Shown here: piece by piece, positions 30,885 to 39,700 of the stretch
How positions within the stretch are numbered: position 1 is the stretch's first letter
Layout: each line of letters opens with the position of its first letter
Virus record (IMG/VR): IMGVR_UViG_3300018891_000001
Location: 62,001 to 126,000 of that record
DNA length: 64,000 bases
Strand: one strand, 5' to 3'
Made by a program: the position numbers and the translations under genes
Notes under the pieces: generated by a model
What the model saw: only the letters and a program-made list of their open reading frames with translations
Told to the model about the DNA's origin: nothing
Databases searched by the model: none

Positions 30885-32510
30885 ATGATAGCACAACATA
30901 TTTTATTTATTAATAAGTATCAAGAGTTATGGGGGATGGGGCGAAACGCCAGTGGACAATTAGGGGATGGAACGACTACTAATAAACTTATCCCTACTCG
31001 AATTGGAACAGATACAGATTGGAAACAGGTAGCAGTAGGAGAGTTTCATACAGTTGCTATCAAAAATGATGGAAGTCTGTGGGCATGGGGGCATAACGCC
31101 AATGGACAAGTAGGGGATGGAACGACTACTAGTAGAACCACTCCTACTCGAATTGGAGCAGATACAGATTGGAAACAAGTAGCAGCAGGAAACCATCATA
31201 CAGTTGCTATTAAAAATGATGGAAGTCTGTGGGCATGGGGGTATAACGCCAATGGACAAGTAGGGGATGGAACGACTGCTAATAAAAACACCCCTACTCG
31301 AATTGGAACAGATACAGATTGGAAACAGGTAGCAGCAGGAAGCAATCATACAGTTGCTATCAAAAATAATGGAAGTCTGTGGGCATGGGGGCATAATAAC
31401 TATGGACAAGTAGGGGATGGAACGACTGCTAATAAAAACACCCCTACTCGAATTGGAGCAGATACAGATTGGAAACAAGTAGCAGCAGGAAACCATCATA
31501 CAGTTGCTATTAAAAATGATGGAAGTCTGTGGGCATGGGGGTATAACGCCCAAGGACAATTAGGGGATGGAACGATTACTAGTAGAACCACTCCTACTCG
31601 AATTGGAGCAGATACAGATTGGAAACAAGTAGAGGTAGGATACCAACATGCAGTTGCTATTAAAAATAATGGAAGTCTGTGGGCATGGGGGTATAACAAC
31701 GTTGGACAATTAGGGGATGGAACGACTGCTACTAGAACCACTCCTACTCGAATTGGAGCAGATACAGATTGGAAACAAGTGATAATAGCGGGATCTACCT
31801 CTTACGGAATCAAATTAACACTCGATTTATATGGTTGGGGGTATAACAACGTTGGACAATTAGGGGATGGAACGACTAACAATAGGCTAACTCCAATCAA
31901 AATTTCCATTACAGATCCTATCGGAGTGTCTATCCAAAAAATTTTCCCAACAAATGTTCCTACAAATTTGATTGTAGCTTGTCGTTCTCTTGATCTATAT
32001 AAGTTAATTTTAAAGGTTCAAATTCCTTCTCAAACCGGTATGAGATTTTTATTCTCAACCGATAAAACCAACTGGAAATCTTATAACTTGACTACACGTT
32101 CATGGGAAGTGGTTTCTCTTGAAAATATTCGTAATCAAGGAATGACCAAAGAACAAGTCGAGTCGTTAAATGAAATCGATCTAGCTCCATATCGCAATGT
32201 TCCATTTTATATTGCTGTATGTATGTGGACTGAAAATCAAAATGAAACTCCTGTATTTAGGGGAATCGATGGGTATATTGATGCCTATACTAATACTCCA
32301 AGTATTCAATCGATTTCTGCTGAATGTGAATTGCTAAAAAGCGAACAACCAAAACTCTATGTTTCTCGAGATGATGGAGCCACTTGGAAAGAAATCCGGC
32401 CAGATACTCTCACTCAATTAGATGACTTACCAGAAGGAACCAAATTACGTGTAAAAGCAGTTCTTTCAAATGGTCAAGAACTGCATGGACTGTCATATTC
32501 TTGGGTTTAA
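30885..32510 (+). CDS. RCC1-repeat (beta-propeller) putative receptor-binding fibre protein
   Basis: About 6.5 repeats of GQLGDGTT...[31 protein letters not shown]; C-terminal module almost identical to that of the 28019 product. Confidence 0.85.
   Translation: MIAQHILFINKYQELWGMGRNASGQLGDGTTTNKLIPTRIGTDTDWKQVAVGEFHTVAIKNDGSLWAWGHNANGQVGDGTTTSRTTPTRIGADTDWKQVAAGNHHTVAIKNDGSLWAWGYNANGQVGDGTTANKNTPTRIGTDTDWKQVAAGSNHTVAIKNNGSLWAWGHNNYGQVGDGTTANKNTPTRIGADTDWKQVAAGNHHTVAIKNDGSLWAWGYNAQGQLGDGTITSRTTPTRIGADTDWKQVEVGYQHAVAIKNNGSLWAWGYNNVGQLGDGTTATRTTPTRIGADTDWKQVIIAGSTSYGIKLTLDLYGWGYNNVGQLGDGTTNNRLTPIKISITDPIGVSIQKIFPTNVPTNLIVACRSLDLYKLILKVQIPSQTGMRFLFSTDKTNWKSYNLTTRSWEVVSLENIRNQGMTKEQVESLNEIDLAPYRNVPFYIAVCMWTENQNETPVFRGIDGYIDAYTNTPSIQSISAECELLKSEQPKLYVSRDDGATWKEIRPDTLTQLDDLPEGTKLRVKAVLSNGQELHGLSYSWV
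30951..31895 (+). repeat. Tandem 150-bp coding repeat array (6 full units plus 1 partial)
   Basis: Units start at 30951, 31101, 31251, 31401, 31551, 31701 and 31851, with long identical blocks such as GATACAGATTGGAAACA and GGAAGTCTGTGGGCATGGGGG. Confidence 0.95.
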
Positions 32511-32522
32511 GAGGTGAGACAA

Positions 32523-33512
32523 ATGGATATCATTTCATACGGTATAGCATCCAAAGCCGCTAAACAAGAATCTTACACCCGAAAAGAGGTATTAGGATTG
32601 GGTGTACAAGGTACTTCGTCACATCTTAAAGGACGTATCGATCATATCGAAAAAGAGATTCAATCGGTTGTTGCACAAGCTGATAAACTTATTATCAATA
32701 ACACTATTAATATCATGAAAGCTCATGCAAAACTTAATGCCGTAGCCAAAAGTATGAAGTATAAAATGCATAATATGATGTTTGATGATTTGTTAGATTT
32801 AAGCGGTATTGACACGGCCAAAAGCTCTGGATATACACATGATGCAATCAACGGGTTATTAAAAGCTAGTAAAGCTAGTTCCTATATGATTACGACAAAA
32901 ATAGAACCAACCGATACTGTGCCTAACAAAGTGGTATTAACTGTTGAAGAAAGAAGTGAAGGAGCAAATATTGCCAATCAAGCTGTCATCACCGGAATTG
33001 GAGGAACATTTGTATCCGGTCGTTCCTTGGTAGACGGGGATAAAACCAACTATGCTTGGGATGATGGTTCCCAAACTAATCAAGGAGTAGTGTTTACCTA
33101 TGCATCTCCTAGGAAAATACAAAAAGTAGTAGTATACAGCAATAACACTTACTATTTAAGGGGAGCCGAATTATGGGTAAATGGGACAAAAATAGCTTCA
33201 ACAACTAATAACATTAGTTCAAGTAATCCGTGGATAATTGATCTGACACCTATGGATGCCACAGAAATTAAAATTATTCGACCTTCTGGGGCATATGATC
33301 AAGCCATTAGTGAAATTGAAATTTATGAATCTGTGACAGACATTAAAGGCTCTTATTTTTTGTCCCGGGATGGCGGGAATACGTTTGAACCCATTCAGCC
33401 GGAAACGCTCTTTTATTTCACGGCAAAGTCACCGGCTGATAAACAACTAGTATTAAAAGCAGAACTTCCTGCGAACGTTCAGCTATTAAACTATGGATTG
33501 ACATGGTCATAA
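32523..33512 (+). CDS. Fibre protein fusing an MDIxS-type N-terminus, a discoidin-like domain and the shared SRDGG C-terminal module
   Basis: MDIISYGIASKA start (RBS GAGGTG); MFDDLLDLSGID is shared with the adapter paralogs; SLVDGDKTNYAW...AISEIEIY is discoidin-like; FLSRDGGNTF...YGLTWS end. Confidence 0.6.
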   Translation: MDIISYGIASKAAKQESYTRKEVLGLGVQGTSSHLKGRIDHIEKEIQSVVAQADKLIINNTINIMKAHAKLNAVAKSMKYKMHNMMFDDLLDLSGIDTAKSSGYTHDAINGLLKASKASSYMITTKIEPTDTVPNKVVLTVEERSEGANIANQAVITGIGGTFVSGRSLVDGDKTNYAWDDGSQTNQGVVFTYASPRKIQKVVVYSNNTYYLRGAELWVNGTKIASTTNNISSSNPWIIDLTPMDATEIKIIRPSGAYDQAISEIEIYESVTDIKGSYFLSRDGGNTFEPIQPETLFYFTAKSPADKQLVLKAELPANVQLLNYGLTWS

Positions 33513-33526
33513 GGAGGAAAAAGAAA

Positions 33527-33973
33527 ATGGCAAGACAACGTATTAACTTAGTATCTGATGAAGTAAAACAAGAATGGATATTGGAGTCCCAAATTCGCTT
33601 TGGTGAAATTAATGCAGAAAACTTTCATGAATTGTCTCCAGAAGAACAAGCCAAAGTCAATGCCATTTTATTTAGAATGGCTTCTGATAAAGTGAATCCA
33701 AATCAGGGAGCTTCCGTGTTAGAGTTTATTCTACTTGGTCATCTTCGTTTAATGGAGAAAAAGCTCAATGGACTTGCACTATCAGAGGACGAAAAAGCCA
33801 TTGAAGCAAGCATCAAACGGATTATGGACATGCATGAGCTTGCAAATCCATCTATTCCAAAAGAAGAATGGATGTTTAATTATATGGAATACGCAGAAGC
33901 AAAGGCAAGTGAAATCTTGCAAAATCGAAAGGAACATATTGAAAGAAAGAAAAAAGTCATGGGACAAGTGTAA
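33527..33973 (+). CDS. Hypothetical helical protein (possible fibre assembly chaperone)
   Basis: RBS AAGGAGG 33511-33517 favours ATG 33527. The chaperone role is inferred only from its position after the fibre genes. Confidence 0.55.
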   Translation: MARQRINLVSDEVKQEWILESQIRFGEINAENFHELSPEEQAKVNAILFRMASDKVNPNQGASVLEFILLGHLRLMEKKLNGLALSEDEKAIEASIKRIMDMHELANPSIPKEEWMFNYMEYAEAKASEILQNRKEHIERKKKVMGQV

Positions 33974-34065
33974 TGTCCTTCTAGAATCATAGTTGAAAAA
34001 TTTAAAAATCATCCATAAGATAAAAAAATAGAAAGGAGAATGTCATACGAAGGGAGTCTTTTAGA

Positions 34066-34560
34066 GTGATTCAACTTGGTGATATTCTTCTATTCAAAGG
34101 AAATACTCCTGTGATTTCTTCTTTGATTCGATGGTTCACAAATTCGGAATATACACATGTCGCTATGGCTATGAATCATCAAGAAATGATCGAAATTGAT
34201 ATTCATCGACGTTTAGCCATTCGTCCAATCCGGAGTGAAACGTTTGATGTATTTCGATATAAACGGGGCTTAACGTTACAGCAACAATTGGATTTAAAGA
34301 ATTATATAGAGAACCGTATTCACACTAATCAAGGATATGATTGGCTTCGAATTCTTTCATTTGTTACACAAAAATTCATTCGATTTGCACCTATATGGGA
34401 GCAAGCAAATCGAGTGATTTGCTCAGAAATTATTGATCATATTTACACACATATAGGAATTGACTTGGTTCCTGAACGAGAAGATGGGCATATTGCTCCG
34501 TCTCATTTGGCTTCATCTCCCTATTTAGTAAAAGTACAAAGCCATTTGGCTTGTATATAA
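34066..34560 (+). CDS. Permuted papain-like (YiiX/YebB-type NlpC/P60) amidase
   Basis: GDILLFKG...IRWFTNSEYTHVAM (His first), then YDW and VICSEII (Cys last): the circularly permuted catalytic order. Confidence 0.8.
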   Translation: MIQLGDILLFKGNTPVISSLIRWFTNSEYTHVAMAMNHQEMIEIDIHRRLAIRPIRSETFDVFRYKRGLTLQQQLDLKNYIENRIHTNQGYDWLRILSFVTQKFIRFAPIWEQANRVICSEIIDHIYTHIGIDLVPEREDGHIAPSHLASSPYLVKVQSHLACI

Positions 34561-34587
34561 AATATTCTTTTCATAAGGGGTGAAAAT

Positions 34588-35211
34588 ATGGCACGATTAG
34601 AATCTATGTATTCTACACAGGTATCTGCTATGGCTAGTGATGTCCTAGTTCCTGCACAAGTGCAAAACTTGCAGTATACCTTAGCACAAGGACAAGTTCT
34701 TTTAACATGGGATGCAGTGACAACCAATAGTGATGGTTCTACGCTCACAGATCTTGGTGGCTACAGAATCTATCGCAAGAAAAATGCAGGAGATACCTTT
34801 GTGCAAATTGGTGAAGTAAATGCCAATACAACATCATTTACTGATAATACTATGAAAGACGGGGCTTCTTATATCTATGCCGTATCTGCCTTTGATGATG
34901 AAGAAACAGCCAATGAAGGAGTCAAATCGAATGAATTGGCTGTTAAAACGATTCCATCTATTCCTCAAGGATTGGTTGCAGCCGCATTTGACAGAAAGAT
35001 TGTTCTTTCTTGGAGCTCCGTACAAAATGAGCTGGATCCGGAGTTAAACGAAAACTTAGCCGGATATAACATTTATCGTTCTGAAGTTGATGGAGGTCCA
35101 TACACATTGATTGGTGCAGCTGCTGCAACAGAAACTTCCTTTGAAGATACCACTGTAGCTAATGGAGTCACATACTACTATGTAATTACAGCTTATGATA
35201 ATTCTCTGTAA
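34588..35211 (+). CDS. Tandem fibronectin type III domain protein
   Basis: Two FN3 patterns: PAQVQNL...LTWD...GYRIYR...SFTD...YIYAVSAFD and PQGL...LSWS...GYNIYRS...SFED...YYYVITAYD. Confidence 0.85.
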   Translation: MARLESMYSTQVSAMASDVLVPAQVQNLQYTLAQGQVLLTWDAVTTNSDGSTLTDLGGYRIYRKKNAGDTFVQIGEVNANTTSFTDNTMKDGASYIYAVSAFDDEETANEGVKSNELAVKTIPSIPQGLVAAAFDRKIVLSWSSVQNELDPELNENLAGYNIYRSEVDGGPYTLIGAAAATETSFEDTTVANGVTYYYVITAYDNSL

Positions 35212-35220
35212 TTTTTAAAA

Positions 35221-35260
35221 AAGAAGCACTTAGAGAAATGATACTCTAGGTGCTTCTTTT
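35221..35260 (+). terminator. Rho-independent terminator
   Basis: 15-bp stem AAGAAGCACTTAGAG / CTCTAGGTGCTTCTT with an 8-nt loop and a T-rich tail, just after the FN3 gene stop. Confidence 0.8.
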
Positions 35261-35285
35261 ATGTTATACTGTTGATATATAAATT

Positions 35286-35299
35286 GGTAATGCATTACA
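35286..35299 (+). promoter_or_regulatory. Copy of the palindromic motif (GGTAATGCATTACA) downstream of TGnTATACT
   Basis: Perfect 12-bp core GTAATGCATTAC at 35287-35298; extended -10-like TGTTATACT at 35262-35270. Confidence 0.6.
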
Positions 35300-35317
35300 T
35301 GATAAGGGGCGAGTAAG

Positions 35318-36778
35318 ATGGCCTATGTCATTCAACATGAAGATATATGGATTGAAAGTACAGAGCCGTTAAGTTGGAGACAATTTTTCGATGAATCTTT
35401 AAATTACGAGAATCTATCTATTAATATTCAAGACTATGCAGATTATCAGCCAACTCGATTGCAGTTTCATTTGTCTTCTGTTGCAACGAATCAAAACATT
35501 CGGATACGGATTCCCTATGCCAATCGGTTAACACGAACTCATGCTAAACATGCAATGGTTTGTCGATATCACGAAACACAAAAACAATGGACGAAAGTGT
35601 CTCATATATTAAATGAAAAGGACAAAACCATCGAGTTTACCGTAAACAGCACGGGGATTTACTGTGTATTTGTAAATCATTATTGGTATACATCGTTTAC
35701 GCAACGAATGGCTCATGAGTATCCAAATTGGACATTGATTCGGCAATCTGCTCAAAGTATCGGTCAACAATTTTTAAACTATTTTGGAATAGAATTAGAA
35801 ACAGTTCAAGATTATTTAGAATGGATTTCGGAACAAAAGTACATTAGTACAGTTGATATCCATGTGTATGATTGGATTTATATGTATACATTACCGGATC
35901 TGCAAATGTCCGATCATATAGAAGTGTATCGAGTGCTTAGTGGAGGAACAACGATTCCTGTTATAGTGTTAGACACCATTAAAGAATTTTTCTATAATGA
36001 CCGAAATGAAGGCGGTATTTTTGATTACGAGGAAAAACGATTTTACACCTCTCGACGTTATGGTACACTTCGATTTGATATTATACGAAACGGAGTTCGT
36101 ATCTCATATACCGTTGAGCCTGTCGATTATCATGTGTGGAATGCGTTAGACGAATTTGGTCTTTTGGTAGGATTGCAGCGACTGCATTTAGAGAAAAATG
36201 CCACATTCAAAGAACGAATTCTTGATGTCTTTCGTTATCCATCTGGAACTCATGATATTGGATTGACACACGGAATTGCGAGAGATTTAAATTTAATTCA
36301 GCGAAAAGATCGATTCGGAAAACCTTTAATCTGGAAAGATGACACCAAAGATTTTTATTTAAAAAATGTCACAGGGAAGCGGATCGATGTTCGTACACTT
36401 CGTGTGGATCATCAGCCGCTTGAAGAACATGAATATGAAATTGATGAGATCGGAAATATTCGGATTTTTGCTACAGGAACAGGAGAATCACACGAAATCA
36501 GTTTTATTTATGGAATTGAAAAATATCAGCTGTATGATAAGGCTCATCCTTCTTTATATAAAATGATGTTTACCTCTGATGGGCAGGCGACTCCTACACT
36601 AATCAATTGGGTGGAATACATTAATACCATCGCTCCGGTGATGTGGGACCACTTCAACTGGGATGAAGGGTTTTGGGATACGATTGATCAACAATTAACC
36701 GGATTGGGGTATGTGCCAAATATTTGGGATTCCAATATTGATGTATGGAGAGAGTATGTATTTGAGTCTGAAAGATAG
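35318..36778 (+). CDS. Hypothetical virion structural protein
   Basis: 486-aa ORF. VWNALDEFGLLVGLQRLHLEKNATFKERIL resembles baseplate wedge 'G...R...E.D..YR.RI' segments. Confidence 0.6.
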   Translation: MAYVIQHEDIWIESTEPLSWRQFFDESLNYENLSINIQDYADYQPTRLQFHLSSVATNQNIRIRIPYANRLTRTHAKHAMVCRYHETQKQWTKVSHILNEKDKTIEFTVNSTGIYCVFVNHYWYTSFTQRMAHEYPNWTLIRQSAQSIGQQFLNYFGIELETVQDYLEWISEQKYISTVDIHVYDWIYMYTLPDLQMSDHIEVYRVLSGGTTIPVIVLDTIKEFFYNDRNEGGIFDYEEKRFYTSRRYGTLRFDIIRNGVRISYTVEPVDYHVWNALDEFGLLVGLQRLHLEKNATFKERILDVFRYPSGTHDIGLTHGIARDLNLIQRKDRFGKPLIWKDDTKDFYLKNVTGKRIDVRTLRVDHQPLEEHEYEIDEIGNIRIFATGTGESHEISFIYGIEKYQLYDKAHPSLYKMMFTSDGQATPTLINWVEYINTIAPVMWDHFNWDEGFWDTIDQQLTGLGYVPNIWDSNIDVWREYVFESER

Positions 36779-36789
36779 GAGGCCAATGA

Positions 36790-39700
36790 ATGAGCAAGAA
36801 ACGAAAGCGAAATGCCATTCATTCAGGGATTGGCGATAATGATGACCTACTAGTTAAACGTCCTAAAGAAGAAAACGGAGAAGAAACGTTTCAATACGCT
36901 GTGCGTCTTCGAGGAAAAAAACGTCATGAAACCATGATTTATCCTGAAATCCCTTTTGAATATGGCATTCACTACACAGGACAAACGTTAGAAACCTATA
37001 ATGAAAAACCATATAAATTTGGAATTCATGCTCATCCAGAGAAAACCATCGCTTATCGAATTCAAGAAGATAAGGAGCTTCCTGTAAAACGTATGTGGGA
37101 GGCACGTGCTTGTTTTGAAGCTACAGTCTGGCGAATGAACATGAAATATGCATTAAAATGGTCAGGTAAAAAAGCCTACCAAGCAAGAAATACAGTAGAA
37201 TATGCGGTTTCATGGAAAGCCTCAGTAGTAAGTAAATCTATTTCTGATGCTCGAAGTTTTTTTACCTCGCAAAATGGTCAATTTATTGGTTATGGGGATA
37301 GTACTACATGGAAACGGCATAGCAGCGGATATGTTTATGATTATTCCAATGTCGGCCGCTTCTCAGGTATTATCGCTAAGCATTATTATGATTTGACTGA
37401 TTATGAAGCTGAATTCGATTTCAAAACAGTTCTTGCAACCAATGACCAACATGTAGGTGGAAATGATGACGATATTGTGGGATTGATTTTCAAAGCGAAA
37501 GATAATAAAAATTTCTATATGATGTTATGGGAACGACATAATCGTGTAAAAGGATCATGGCGAGCACCGGATAATCTAGAAGGATTTAATATGTTGACTA
37601 GTGGAGAAAGTGCATGGGAAAACCGAGTAGAAGCCGATAACTGTAAATCTTCTATTTATATGAGTGATTCTCAATGGGATGATTATGTCAATAATCGTGG
37701 ATGGCGATTAAAGCATCGCCGAATTTATAAAGTGACAAATGGTGTCATGAGGCGAGTAGACACAACTCCAAGCTCAGGAACACCAGGGTATGATTCCAGT
37801 GTTAAAGATTTAGGAAACGGAAAAGGATGGGACCTAAATGAACTTCATACCATTAAAGTTAACTCGATAGGAAAACGGGTGCAAATTTTTATTCGTGATA
37901 ATGGGGTTTGGAGTAAAATTTTTGATTTTGAAACCGATTGGGAAAAAGGATCATTTGGGATGGTCAATGTATCTCAAGCGGTGCAATTCCATCGTATTGA
38001 AGTAAAGGAGAAAAAGATTATCCAAGGTAGAATTCCGGAAACCGGATGGCATACATCTAATCAAGCAACCAAAACACTTGGAACAGGATATAACTACTGT
38101 ATCACGCAGGCCAAACAAAAGGCCAATGCCTTAAAAGCTAGTATTCCAACAGTGGATACTAACACCATTGATTTTATTTGGATTGCTGGGTCTTTAAAAG
38201 ATTCCACTAAAGGATCAATAACGAATCCGATTGGAGAAAGTACCAATATCGTAGTCACAGCTGGAACACATACGGCATATGAAAATATAAGCGGTCGAGT
38301 TCCGCAAACAGGATGGTTTGAATTTGATGGAATTGGTAGTCGTATTCATGCTCAAAATGCTATGGAATATATTAAAAGCAAAGACTCGGTGGCTGCTCAG
38401 TCTAATGTTACGATTACATCGATTGTTGGAGAAGTATGGGATGATCCGCAATATCCTGTGCCTACAGGTACTGTCATTGTGACTTCATTAGCCGGTCAAA
38501 TTATTGCTAAAAATAATAATCCGACTGATGCTGGAAAAACCTATAGCAAATGTTACGTACGATGTGGAATTGTAGAAGTCACCCCAGATCATCGCAATTA
38601 TGAAACAGGTCTAATGGTGTGGTCAGATATTGCCAATGTATTTAAAAAAGATTATGCGGAATTTTTTAATCGAATTGAATACATCAATAAAAAAGCTACT
38701 TATGAATTGTTAAAACCTATCAAAAAGGACCCGCCTAAGCCGCCACCAAAAGAAGAATCAGAGGCTGGATGCGTAATTGAAGAACCAAAACCTCCTGCTC
38801 CTGATGAACCAATCATTGAGTGTTGGGATGACTTTCATTTTGATGGAAAAAAGCTGATTATGTGGTCTTGTGAATTTCCCGTAGAAACTACAACGAAGTT
38901 ATTCGAAGACCAGGTGTATGCCTATCGGGGATGGATGACCTTTAATCCTTTGGCTTCTTTTACGCCGAATAAATGGACCAAATATACACTTATTCCGATT
39001 GAGGCAGCCATTGATCCGACATATGATGAAATCAAATGGGCTGGATGGGAGACTTACAAAAATGCACCTCCCGGAACCAAAGTCTTAATACGTACAAAAG
39101 AATGGTATAAAGCCATTTTTCCGGCAGATATCATTAATAGTGGTATTGTGAATAGCGAGGAAAATATAATAGCTAATATTCCACCAGCTCCTGAGCATTA
39201 TGTGCATCCGGAAAAGACAGATGAAAGAATGCCAGATCGATATGAAGTCATTCATTATTTGTTATATGCTTGGGACAATCATCCAGATGTGGTGATGTGG
39301 TTTGCTGCTAATCCTAACTTGACAACAGAGAATGTTCATCGAAATCCAGAATCTCTAGCAAAGGAAGGTCTTATGGGGATGCCAATCATCTTGACTTCCA
39401 ATCATAATGATCAGATTGTCATCCATTGTAAAGAAGACCCTCGCTATATACCATGGTCATCAGGAAAATATATTGGATACGGAAAAGTCAATGGAAAACG
39501 GCCGTTTTTTGGCGATGGTGCCGGAAAAGCGGATATGGTGAATGTTTCTACAGAGGTAGTCTTTTTCCCTAATAATCTTGTAAGGGAAACTTTGCAAGGG
39601 CCATTTATTGATATTTATGATCCTGAGTTTCCGGAGGAGCCACGGGTGAAATATCGACTGCATAGTGATAATAAGCTAGTTGATTTTTATTCTGATTATA

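Noticed and set aside
30951-31895. RCC1 array as a CRISPR array or a diversity-generating retroelement target
   Set aside because: The units are in-frame 150-bp coding repeats with no unique spacers. Differences are not restricted to adenines (for example cat/aat, aat/caa), and no reverse transcriptase or template repeat is seen in the window.
34040-34069. 9-codon mini-ORF (MSYEGSLLE) upstream of the NlpC/P60 gene as a leader peptide
   Set aside because: The AAGGAG is only 1 nt from its ATG and no attenuator structure is evident.
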